The notes beneath the pieces were generated by a model, which did not search any database, had not been told where the DNA came from, and saw nothing but the letters and a program-made list of their open reading frames with translations. This document shows positions 48,830 to 61,643 of a stretch of DNA of 64,000 nt, one piece after another. A program made the position numbers and the translations under genes. Within the stretch, counting starts at the first letter, position 1. The number at the start of each line of letters is the position of its first letter. Source of the DNA: Lineus longissimus (Eukaryota); NCBI RefSeq assembly GCF_910592395.1, contig NC_088308.1, positions 1,922,001 to 1,986,000 on the forward strand, written 5' to 3'.

Positions 48830-51800
48830 TTATTTCAAGTTATCAACCAATCCCATCTCAATTGGCTTGAACATGATATCACTCTCTTGAGAAGTTGAAC
48901 GACTTTCACTAGGCGAGTTCTCCTCATTGGCAGTGAAGAAATCATACTCCTTCCTATGTTTGGCAAGACGTGGTCGCCATTCTGGGCCGGGCTTGATGCT
49001 CTGACGAAGTCGCTGAAAAACAAATGATATCATGGCGACTTTTATTTCGTATCCCGATTAATGAAATTTTTAAGAATGTTTGCAATTCAACAAGTATATA
49101 TACTATAGAGCATTGTCCTTCTTCTGTTCATTGTCTGTTGTAAACATTTTACAGAACAGTGACATTATACTCTCCAGAGAACATAGAGCAATACTCTCTC
49201 CTCAGATCAAGTCTTTTGAATCATCTGTGATGGTTGTGACAAATTCATACGTAATTATACAGCTTTTCAAATGGCAGTGGTGGCAGGATCTTTTGTTAGC
49301 CTTTTCACTGCTGCTATGAATGAGAATTTTGGAACTTGAGGGGGTTGATTGTGCACCCGATCCCCTAAACTACGCATGTGATCACTACCGGATGATTCCA
49401 TGGCAAAGCCCTCACCTGCAAAAATGTTCCCTTTCTTTGCATAATTTCCTGGATCATGAAAGCAGGTATAGGCAGAGTAGAGAAAAGGCTTAGTGTCCAA
49501 CCAAGCCACACTGCCCACGGTGGGAAGTAGTAAACGCCATAGGATGGAGTAATGAACACCACTGCAGAATACACCAAGCAGAACTGAAATAGAATAAAAG
49601 AAATTACCACAAATAATTGAGAGAAAGAAATCACTTTAGGTGTGCACATTGACCCTTATGTCTTTCTTGATATGATTCGACTGCCAGAAAAAAATGGTGG
49701 TGATTGCAGTTGATAAACCCAAATTCTAAGTCTATTTCGATTATTTTTATTTTTTCAATTGAGAATTTAGTGATTTTTCAAGTAATCACAATAAATCTTG
49801 AAATATCTGGATCGCCTTCAGTTCTAACCTACCAGCATCAGGAATGGAATGACAAAACACCAGAATGGTTTGAAGCCACGAAGAAGGAGTGGTTTATATC
49901 CGATCATACAGCTGATGTCTCGAAGAAGACTATCTGATCCTGGAAATGGAAAAGAAAGGAATCGCAAAATTGTCAGCTACCACTGCAGATGAATGGAAAG
50001 TACACTGCTTTTCAGTGTGGGTAGAGAGGGGGCCGATCATCTCTTCAACAGCAAACGTTTCCTTAGGACGCCCATTTCCACCTGCAATTGTGCCATAAAG
50101 AGCTCACATGGTCTCGATGCCTGATATTTGCAAGAGAGTCTAAAACAGTTTTTAGCACATTCATGTCGGAAGTAGGTCTACCTGGGGAAAACGGACATTA
50201 CATGAATATTATCATGATGCAATTGATAATAAGAGAAAAAAGACAAAAGTAAATCTATCTCTGCCTTAAAGTAAGCAGAGCGGCTCATATGCCTGGTACT
50301 CAGCTGATATTACACCGCTGTATTGGTCTTACCATAAGCCCATGCAACAACCATGCTTTCCAGGGCAGCAATCAGTAGGATAGAAAATGCAGCAGAGAAC
50401 CAATCCCAAATCTGGAAGTAGTACATCCCAGCCTGAAATGCCAAAAATACACAATAAAAGATAGGCTTGATCACTTTTTGTTCAAATTTGTTAGAAAACA
50501 AATTGTTATCTTTGAAAGGGGAGCATCCAATCCTATACCGTTACAAAAATCTTTGTGCTGGAACAAAATTCAAAATAACTTAACCTATTGTCGCATAGAA
50601 GAATGATAATAAACCAAAGTTAACCTCCCCAGGCTAACTTACTCTGGAGAAGGAGAGTAATGATAAACTAATGTTAACCTACCCTGGTGCAGAAGAGTAA
50701 TCCTATCAATATATTTGCCAGCACAAATACAACAAGCAGATATTGCTTCCTGTGCTTGCCACGGCTGAAGAATTCCGGGAATTGATCGACAACACCACTG
50801 AGAATACATTCAGAACAAGCGAACTGCAAGATAAAATTTTCAAGTAAAAAACTATTGCAAATCAAAATACATGTGGAGAGTTGAAAATCAATAATATCCT
50901 TATAGTTACTCTTTGGTTTAGAAGGCATCACTGCATGTTTATCATGCAATGCGAGTTATTTTGCGGCAGCGGTTATGGTTATAGAAAATTATGATCAGGG
51001 TGGTTTGTCCAAAATATGCGAGAAGTCAAAATTACATTTTGATGTTTAATTTGAGGTGTTTTAGAAATTAATACTGAACTGGAGGTATTGGTTGGTCTCA
51101 CCAAACTCTACTTGGGTGGAACTCTTATTTAGCCCAAAAGAAGTTGTTCAAAAACGAAATTAACGTGGGAAAGATTTCATTCCATAATGTAGCTTTGAAG
51201 TCTCATCTACCATGCCTACCTGGCTGTCCAGTCCAAGTGTCAACAGCATAAGGAAGAAGAGGACAGACCACAAGGAAGCAAGAGGAAACTTGGTCAGTGC
51301 TTCAGGATAGGCAATAAATGCCAAGCCTGGTCCTGAAATAACAAATCATAATACTGGAATGAAAGGCTGCATTTTTGTAGTACACAGAAATGAAATAATC
51401 AGGGAATTCATCAAGCTATACCGGACAGAGGTTTGCAATACGGATCCCAATTAGAATGAAAAATCAGGACATACCACGGTCTGCTTTGCCCTTTGAAACA
51501 AGTTTGCAGAATAAGAAAATATGCAGTATCCCAGGTAGGCCTAGATACCCTTTGTTGCCTGCGTACACAATGAATGGCCCCTCACCTGAAGTCATTGCAT
51601 CCTGAACATCCACCCCGGCTTCATGGGCCATGAAGCCGACAACCGCGAAGATGACAAATCCCCCATAGAAACTGGTGAAACAGTTAACCAGAGGAACGAT
51701 GATACCATCCCTGAAGTGAAAGAAAAGAAAGACTGTCAGTAAAATTAGCTACTCTCCTCCTTTAAAGTGAATTTCGCATGACCTGTGTTTTAGCCTTACT

Positions 51801-54800
51801 TATTTTAACCGTTATATTTCCTGTTCAAAACAGAAGAATGCTTAGTTAGCCAGATGCAGTCTGCTGAGCACATGCCAAGGAAGTGATCTATTCAGACTCT
51901 CATAGTAAAATTCCATAGTATGACTCGTGCATCAATTTGGGCATTTCATTCATCCTCCCTCTGTATACTGACTGAGGCACGGGATATTAAGGGGCATTGT
52001 ATTCTGCTGGCGATATTCACATGATAAAGGAGGAGCTGAAAAAGAGACTGCCAAGCCAGCACTGACGAATCTCACAAAGTGCAGAGGGTGCTGCAAACAT
52101 TCATCCAAAAGTGTGCAATGTTGGTGGATATTTTCTGAAGTATAAATCATATTAATATTCAAGTAAAAACAGCTTTTGACACAAGAACTATGAACAAAAA
52201 TGCAGACTCGGCAACAATTCCAGGATCAACTCTATGAATGCTGCTTCTTGTTATCTGAGAAAGCTAGGAGGTCCAGCATGTATAAAACATTCCAAAGGCA
52301 ACCGAATTTCGGACACGCCATTCTTATATAAGGAGGAAGGAGGGGGCCAATTACACCACTTCTCAAGTGTTGGATGTGGAACATTTTGCCTCTAAACTTG
52401 GAGATGCTAGAGTGTTCATGTAAGTCACTTTTTTGTCCAAGGCTAATTCTTCTTCAACTTGGACAGAGGATAATCGAGGTAATACTTACCATTCCACCAT
52501 ATTGGGACTAATATCAATTATTAATGATATCAATAATTATATCAATTATGTATAATATTCCTGCCATGTTTTATGTAAAATATCAAACATCATCTTGCAA
52601 ACAGGGTCTTCAACATGTATGCTCCACACTCATAAGGGACTGAAGTATGTATGAGTTAAATGGCCATATATGTCAGGATCAATATGAAAAGAAAGGCATG
52701 CTTTTTCTCTGTTGCTTCTTCACAGCACCATGGAGCCTCTCCTGTTAAAAATCCCTCCTATTTTACCTGTAGCAGTTGTGATGAAACTCGTTGTAACTAG
52801 CAAAAGTAATCATGCCTCCCCAGGCCGGTCCAAGAGAGTAGAAAATCTGGAGACAGGCCTCTGCCCATATCTGTAGGGGATGGAAATACAGTCAGAGCAA
52901 ACAAAAGTTACACGGCAAGATGACCTGAAACCTGTGACCCATGTTAGAATTAAGTAAAAAAATGAATGAAACCTTCTTCTTCTTCTTCTGACATCTGTGA
53001 TAAGTAACACGAGACAATATACAGCGGAACCTCTCTATAAAGGACACCCTTGGGACTGATAAATGCTGTCTATCAAAGGAAATCACCATATTGACCACCA
53101 AGGATTCTGCATCTTATCAAGATATACCCCGGCTATGTTTAGAGGGAGTATTAGACCATGAGGTTCAGGATGCCAGATTGCAGAGGTCAAATTGTGTAGA
53201 AACAACTCATTTGGGCCCAAAAGCACAGTCCCTAATAGGGATGGTGTCCTGCTAGTAGGTGTCTGCTTAGAGAGGTTCCCCGGTACTTCAAATAACTTGG
53301 GTAAGTGATCTATTTCACACACGGCACCTCAAACAACAGCTGGGGGTGAGTATTTAACTTGTTCCAGCTGCATGTACTCCACTACACCTGATAAGACACG
53401 CCTACTTTCGTTTTGTCACATGGTCGTTGCACCCGGTGAAGCCCAAATTGAATTGGGTGTCCCCATTCATAATAGTAAAAGTGTGATATTGTCTTCACCA
53501 TTAAGTACCATTTTCTTTGATTACAAAGTAATAAAACATGTCGAATTAGTTGATGTGATATGGCACTGCACCCCAAAAAATTCGAGTTATTTTAAAGAAG
53601 AGGGTTAAGCCGAAAGTCCCAAACAACCCAAAGACCTACCAATTGACGCTAGGCATGGCCTGACCAGTTAAGATGTGCCTATTTTACTACAGACACTAAT
53701 TCTCAGAAATCAGGACAACTTATTGGTTTCTACATCTAATCAGATCCTACATATTGCCAAAAGATAATGATTAGCCTTTTCATAAGTGAATTGGGGTCAA
53801 CTAGCATTTTAGCCTACTTTTAACTTTATGGTACATGTACTATATATTTTCCTGTTCGAAACTCTGGTGTAGGAGAATGCTCAGTACAAGCTTGATTTGG
53901 TCTGCTCACTGCATACTAAGGCAGCGATCCATCTGAAAACTCTTGAAGTGAAATTCCACAGTAATGAGTCTCCAGTTTCTTTTGTTCTGGCTTTGCTACT
54001 GACTGAAGTCCTGGAAATGAAGTGGCATAGTACTGCACAGGCAATCACTCTTGATGTTTCATACACTATTGAAATTCAACTACATACATAGCTACAACAC
54101 AACATGTGTTTACCAAATGTTACCATTTGTTGTTATCAGTGGAGTAATTAAAGCACATTTGAGCACAAATCAATCAATGGGAAGATTTAATGCAACAGCT
54201 TTTTTTCATTGCATGTTAAAATGATAGAACGCAAGAGTTTCTGAATAGAATCGCTCCCTCAGTATGGTTCATGATCAGCAGATCAAATATTGCTTTAGAC
54301 AAGGCATAGTAGGCCTACTGCACTCTTTAAATTAATAAGTAAAATAACTATTTAATGGTGATTTTTTACTATTCTGGCAGTTTCTATTACACCCACTGTG
54401 AAATTAGTTGTTTAACTATCGAAATAGTAATTCCAAGCCATTTTATTTTAGTTTTATAGCTCAACAACTGATTGATAGTAAAAGTTTTCAATACAGTTTT
54501 TACCAATTTCTCAGTGCCATAGGAACTACCAGATTAGTTGTTTTGACTTACAAAATTTAAGATTGTGGTAATTTGTTTTATTATGGATCAGGGGGTATGG
54601 AGCCAGGAATATTGAAGGTGTCTGTCATCGTGTGATGAAATAAATTTTCTCCTGTAGCTTCAGAATATGTTACTTTATCAGATACAAATTATGCTGGACT
54701 CTAAAGGGCAAACACAGGGCGTGGCAGGGGTTCACTATTATCATCAAACTTGACTAGGTAACTATGTTGGTCAACACCGCGTGAAAATAATAACACTTCC

Positions 54801-57800
54801 ACAATTCTGTAGATGTCATCAAAGGGTTCATCCAGAGGGTGCATCCAGGTTTCACATCAAACAAAAGCAGCAACAACAGAACATACTTCGCAGAAGAAAA
54901 GTAAGTTGACAAACTTACCTTTAGATTTAAGAGCTTGCTAAAGTCGGGGGTGATGTAGTATTTGATGCCATTGAGAGATCCAGGCATCATGCAGCCCCGT
55001 ATCAGTAGGATTGTCAAGAAGAGGTAGGGGACAGTAGCAGTCACATACACAACCTGGAAAAGGGTGACATGAATCACCAAACTGCTAATCAAATTTCTGA
55101 CTTTTCAGACCTTTTCCAAAGTTATAGGACTATTCAAGGTGTTATTTTTTCAAGTCAAATCATTGACTTTTCACGATTTCTGTGGGATGGGTGCAGTGGC
55201 CATGGCAGGGATGGGATCTCAAGACTGGCTTCGCCTGTTACTTTTCTTATTCTAAGTATCTTGCTGTTTGTAACTTTGCCTAATGTTTTGTCTGTGTCAT
55301 GTATGTCCTGCTGTGTCATGTCATTTTGTATTTTTCTTTGGCACTATGAACAATCTCCAATGTAATTAGGTGTCATAAGGAAATAAAGCCTAGGTAATTC
55401 TTGGTAACATATAAAAGTGACCAAACTGAACTATTTACCTTTCCTGTCGACCTGATCCCCTTGAATAGGCAGACGAAGAGGAGGACCCAGCCAGAGATGT
55501 GGCAGAGGACGAGCTGCCATCGAAAGCCACCAAGTGTCTCAATGCCATCGGTCAGCTCCAGCACATTGTACCTGAAAAGATGAACAATGACCATTTTCAA
55601 TGAAATCAAGTGAGGTTTTGTATGATCAAAGAAGACGGAAGAATGGGAAAATAACAAGAGGTCCGAGCGTCTATCGCTCAGCTGATTCATTGCAGGAGGT
55701 AAAGAAGAACTCAAGAGTTATTATAAAAGAGTCTTTTTATAGTTTCTGGAATGGTTCACAGCAGGTCAGAGACTCATTTAAGGGACAGTCTTTCAAATGA
55801 ACCACTAATATTGGGTTACCATTTACCCATGCTCCGTTATTTAAAATTCCTATCTCAGTTGCATTGGCAAACAATTCCTGTGATGTTTTTGTGATTTGGA
55901 GGTACCACTTGCTTTCAAACTCACAATACACTGCCCAGAAATAGACAAAATGTTTTAAAATTGCTGGTAAGTTGTGATCCACTCTACCATGTTATCCAGT
56001 CTCACATCTCATTAACTTGACAATCATTAGGGTAAAAGTTTGTGTAAAACGCTTGAACTTAAACAGATTTCTTTCTCAAACTTTCAGTTTCATGATCATG
56101 TGTATGAAAGGTAGGCCTATGCTTTTCCAGTGATTGTTTTCTGGAACCATTTTAACCATGCCATTACCTGACTTTACCACAAATAAGTAGGAATGCTTTA
56201 TCAGTGGATTTACTAAGAGCAATGACACAAAGAAGTTTTTATGTTAGACTTGTGTCTAAACCTGCCCTGGAATAGGCTAAAAGTTGTGTGGTAGAGGAAT
56301 TGAATTGGGCTTTTCTGAAAAGGCCACCATAAAAGTACCATAAAATCATCTTTCTATATATACATGTACTTCTGAGTATTGATCTCTTCTTTCCAACAAC
56401 ATGCACAATTATCTGTAAATGGTACTTATCGATGAGAATGACAGGTGGTGAAAAATGCATCATACAATGTAGGCCTACATTGTTTGTGTTGCCAATACTT
56501 ACTGCCAAAATTCCTCTGATGGTGACATAGTCTTCGAAGTATTCACAATGGTGACATTATCTAACACCGTGGACATATTCTCCGACTGATAAAATATTCC
56601 AATATCTGTCAAATTTGTTGCATTCATGTATGTTTCATTTATCCAGGCAGAAGTCCCATTCATACGACATTGCTCCGTGTTCCAAGTGTTGTTACAGTTG
56701 GCCCATGGAAGCCTGTCAGCAAAGCCGTAGAATGACATACCGAGGTAGTATAGCGTCCAGGTAATGATGGTTTGGTAATACAAAACAACCATCACGTTCA
56801 CCACGACCATTCCCCAGCCAAGACCTGAAAAAAGGTTTTGTCAAATTCAAAATGGTACCCATCAGATTACCAATCGGCATTATTTATACTTGCTGACCAA
56901 AGATTTTTACTGATTTAAACAATACCATTAAGCAAACACAAATACTATATATAAATGCACAATTTCAGAAACTTTCCTGCATCATAACTGCACTTACAGC
57001 AATGTTTATTATTATTTTTCTGCATGAGCCACAAAAAATAGAATGAAAACAAACATTGTAGGCCTGTTTACCTTTAAAGAGAGGACAGATATTGAACACT
57101 CTAGTTGGTCCAGAACTGGCAAACTGTCCGATCGATAGTTCCATGATGAAAAGGGGAATCCCGCAGACGAACAAGAAGAAGAAATACGGAATGAGGAAAG
57201 CTCCTGAAATGAAAAGAGTTCCATTAAAAAGGCGTTTGCAATTAAAACGAACACTTTTTGTAACCCTCTTACTTAAAGGGGGACTATAGGCAGGAGCAGT
57301 GGGGTTAAATTGGCCATCTGCAAGTGACTCATATGCACAGTGAGGGCACTAGGTCATGTTTGATTCAGCACTACATATATTCATTGTACAAGCGTGAATA
57401 CTTTGTCGTACTGTGAGATGGGAGACCCCTGTTGGCGACATTGTGTAACTTTATCTTGCCTACCTAGCAGCTGGCTATAGTGTCCTTTAAAGCTTATAGG
57501 ATTAGATTAACTTGTCAAGGGTAAAAGGTAACTAGACATCATAGCAGAGAAGTTGACCGACTTTTCAACAGTAACAAGAGGATTAGATTGACTTGTCAAA
57601 GATAACCAAACAATATCAAAGATAACTAGACTCATAGGATGTGATTGGCTGCAAAAGGAACCAGGCATACGATTTAATTGACTTGCCAAATGTAACTAGA
57701 CAATGATGAAGATAACCATACAATAGATGAGCTTGTAAAGGTATTCATCATAGGATTAGATTAATTGACCTGTCACTGAAAAGTAACTAACTACACACCC

Positions 57801-58105
57801 TAATTAAATGAACTCGTCAGAGTATCTAAATGAATAATAATCTAGAGATAGACGTACCATAACTACCTATATATATATTCTCATAAAAGATACCTACCTC
57901 CACCATTTCGCATACATAGGTATGGAAACCGCCATATGTTGCCCAGTCCAACTGCAAACCCAACACACGAAAGGAGGAATTCAAACCGACCATTCCATGT
58001 ACCACGTGAGGTATCCACTATGATATCTTCCGATGAGCTGCAACTGTCCACCATAGTACTGCTCTCATAAACACGTACTTGAGATACTTTCTCCTGTTTA
58101 TTCAT
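48830..58105 (-). CDS. SLC6 Na+/Cl- dependent amino-acid transporter, glycine/proline transporter-like (~656 aa, 13 coding exons)
   Basis: Exons 58105-57898, 57203-57072, 56824-56503, 55571-55439, 55053-54919, 52870-52767, 51710-51586, 51332-51220, 50823-50683, 50432-50333, 49939-49833, 49583-49416, 49012-48830. Motifs [80 protein letters not shown]. Confidence 0.93.
57273..57490. mobile_element. TTAA-flanked MITE (Kolobok-like ends); partial second copy at ~63553-63621
   Basis: ttaaagggggactataggcag ... ctggctatagtgtcctttaa; the 3' part gagacccc...tggc(g/a)acattgtgtaactttat...gcctacctagc recurs at 63553. Confidence 0.6.
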
Positions 58106-59697
58106 TTTACGAGATTCAAATATAACCACCCGATCCAGTCCTGCAAACGTGAGTGATCAGTAGGGTAACTGAAGAATAAAAATAGTTTTCCTGTGCTAAC
58201 CCTCTATTCTCCCCTTCATGATTATGACTCTCTCATGCGTTCTCTATGGGTTCTCATCTGCGCGCGTACTGGCATACCGCATACGGTGTGCTATGGGCTA
58301 TTGTCGAGTCATCGCTCGACCTGCAAGTGGTCAAGGACGTATAAAAGTTTCCATGGTTATCCCAGGGTGGTAACATCTGACCTTCAATAGACAAACGTTC
58401 TATAGACATCATGAGGTACAACATTGGAATAAACTACTCTTCATCATACAATGCTTTTTATTCATTAACAAGAAAGTTTTCATCTTCAAAGATGGATATG
58501 ATGAGAGAAATCCCTTGGGGAACAGCTCATTGTATCAGTGCAGATTGAATAAGGACTAAAAGGATTTAAGAATTGAATGGACAACTTACTTATCTGTCTC
58601 ATGTCTCTCTTCCTCAACCTATCTTCTCTTACCCAAAGGCTCTTCATTGCCAAATTTTTTAACACCTCATGATACTAATCTTGAATAGAATAAAAGAACC
58701 AGTGGATAATTTACACGAGTTGGGCCTTAATAGGTAAGTCGGTTTCTGGTTGTCATGTATAACAACTTCCTTGTGCAGAAAAGCATCCGGTGATATCTGG
58801 CCGCAAATGATGAGGCAAGATCAGTTTGTAAGGTCTCCTCCCTGGTTGTGACTGTCACAGAGCTAATTGTGCCTCTGTGTGCTCATTGTCCTCAGAAAGA
58901 CCACGAAACTTTGGTTGTGTAATAGGTTGTGAAGTTGTCACAACCTCCTTCCCCTGACAGAACTCTTACAACTGAAGACAACTCAGAAAAGCAAAGGCAA
59001 GAATAATGTTTTTCAATTTTCTTCTATATCGATCTTCTAAACATCACATGCGGTGTTTCGACCCGAACGAGGCACCAACCCCGAGTCGAAAAAGCAGCGC
59101 CAGGCTTGCATGAAACACGTGTAAAAAGGTGGGCATGCTTGGAATTTAATATTTTCCTTGTCAATTCCCCTAGACCGCTGGCACCTGTACCGTCGGCTGC
59201 TGGCATCTGGCGTTGGCCAAAGCAACTAAGTCACGCGCAGCCAAACCGTCACGGTTTGGACAATTCACACCGTTAGCTTCATTGCGAGTTTTCGAGGCCA
59301 GACACAGCTTCGCTTATACATGCTTCCCGAAATTGGTGGCTTGCATTGGAACTAACTTTTCCCCTTGTCCGTCATTAAAGGCATTCAAGTGTGTTGGTCA
59401 ACCATGGTCAACCATCTCCTTTGTCCCTCCACCATAAGGCCTATCCACCATAAGGCCTTATGACATCACTATTTCGGACACTCAGCGCCCCATTTCTGGA
59501 AAGGTATAGGCCTTTTGGCTAAGATCAAAGTTTGCATTACATATGTCGTGGATAGCATTTGTGGTATTGAGCCCTTGGGGCATTGTCCAGGTCAACCGCG
59601 TCCTCAGCCATACCCAAGTTAATAAAAGACCGAGCTTTTTTTCACCTACGAACACTATAACATCGCGACTCACTTATATGAGTGACATATTATTGAA

Positions 59698-60735
59698 ATC
59701 ATGTTGTCAACACGATCGAGCAGCCAGGACTGCCTGGCTGTGACTCTCTCATCTCTCGCACCATGTTGACAACTTGGCAGAGCAGCCAAGACTGATTTGG
59801 CCTGGCTGTGACCGTCTCATCTCTCTCAACTTGTCAACACGGTCGAGCAGCCAGGACTGATTCGGCCTGGCTGTAACTGTCTCCTCTCTCACCATGTTGA
59901 CAACTTGGCAGAGCAGCCAGGTCTGATTCGGCCTGGCTGTGACTGTCTCACCTCTCTCACCATGTTGACAACTTGGCAGAGCAGCCGAGACTGATTTGGC
60001 CTGGCTGTGACCGTCTCATCTCTCTCATCATAATTATTGTCAACACGGTGGAGCAGACAAGACTGATTCGGCCTGGCTGTGACTGTCTCACCTCTCTCCC
60101 CATGTTGACAACTTGGCAGAGCAGCAAAGACTGACTTGGCCTGGCTGTGACCGTCTCATCTCTCTCACCATGTTGACAACTTGGCAGAGCAGCCAAGACT
60201 GATGTGGCCTGGCTGTGACCGTCTCAACTCTCTCACCTTGTCAACACGGTGGAGCAGCCAGGACTGATTCGGCCTGACTGTGACTGTCTCATCTCTCCCA
60301 CCATGTTGACAACTTGGAAGAGCAGCCAAGACTGATTCGACCTGGCTGTGACCGTCTCATCTCTCTCATCATGTTGACAACTTGGAAGAGCAGCCAAGAC
60401 TGATTCGACCTGGCTATGACCGTCTCATCTCTCTCATCATCTTGACAACTTGGAAGAGCAGCCAAGACTGATTCGACCTGGCTGTGACTGTCTTATCTCT
60501 CTCATCATGTTGGCAACACGGTGGAGCAACCAGGACTGATTCGGCCTGGCTGTGACCGTCTCACCTCTCTCATCATGTTGTCAACACGGTGGAGCAGCCA
60601 AGACTGATATGACCTGGCTGTGACCGTCTCATCTCTCTCACCATGCTGTCAACAAGGTGGAGCAGCCCAGACTGATATGGCCTGGCTGTGACCGTCCCAT
60701 CTCTCTCATCATGCTGTCAACACGGTGGAGCAGCT
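59698..60735 (+). repeat. 68-bp satellite array (~15 units)
   Basis: Same unit as 7370-9655; lies between the divergent SLC6 and BicC genes. Confidence 0.95.
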
Positions 60736-61459
60736 AGTGTGGCCAAGAAGGCCGATGTTGGGCCGATATCGGGCCAATTTCGGCACTTGCCCTCCAGATT
60801 TCACTCAATCAATTATCAATGCCATTTATTAATCAATACTGATGAGATAGTTAAATGGGGACCTTCGAACTGTGTCCTTTGAAATTGTTCAGTGCTAGGG
60901 ACCCCAAATGTGTCTCCTTTAAAAATATCAGTTGTTAATGCCATTAATCGATCAATGCTGCTGAGATGGTTAATGGAGACTCTGTCCTACTGAAAGATTA
61001 GTTATCATTGCAATTTATTGATCAATCTATTTAGAGCGGACTACGGAGTTGATCACTGCTGGAGACAATAAGGGTGTATCCTCCACATTAATGCTACTAA
61101 TTCGAGACGTTTAGCTCACCAATTAGTTCTGAGATGGCAGCACCGTACGGTCCAAAATCTCATCCTCGCCGTGCCAGTTGGTAATCATTCAAGGTGAGTC
61201 GGCTGACTTTGCGTGGAAATTGCCCAAATCTGAACAATGTATTAGTCCACGTTCCCTTTCAACATTTTCTTTTGCACTTCTCAAAGAAAATATATACCTG
61301 GATAAAAAGAAAAAGGTGATTTCATGGAAGTTGGGCTATCCTAGATCTCAATATATATCATGATACAACTTTTTATCACAATTTCTTTAGAACTATGGTT
61401 TTTGCGGCAGAATACAGTTCGGAGAGTGAAGCGTTCAAACATCAACAAGAAATTATGCC

Positions 61460-61643
61460 ATGGCAGAACTTTCACACCGTCAGTTCGAATACGGACTGGA
61501 ATATCAGACGCATCCAGACTTTCAAAGGGATATAAGCATGACTGTGGGTCAGGATGAAACTGGCGAAGATACAGAACGAGACCCGAACCTTGTCGAGGAG
61601 AGGTTTCGGGTGGATCGCCGAAAACTTGAGCAAATGCTACAAG
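61460..61643 (+). CDS. BICC1: Bicaudal-C homologue, first coding exon; gene continues beyond the right edge
   Basis: MAELSHRQ...RDPNLVEERFRVDRRKLEQMLQ followed by donor G|GTAGG; EERFRVDR(K/R)KLE.MLQ is the conserved BicC N-terminal motif. Confidence 0.85.

Noticed and set aside
59030..59620. Possible decayed LINE or coding fragment (CpG-rich)
   Set aside because: Only vague similarity in stop-interrupted frames; no diagnostic motif identified.
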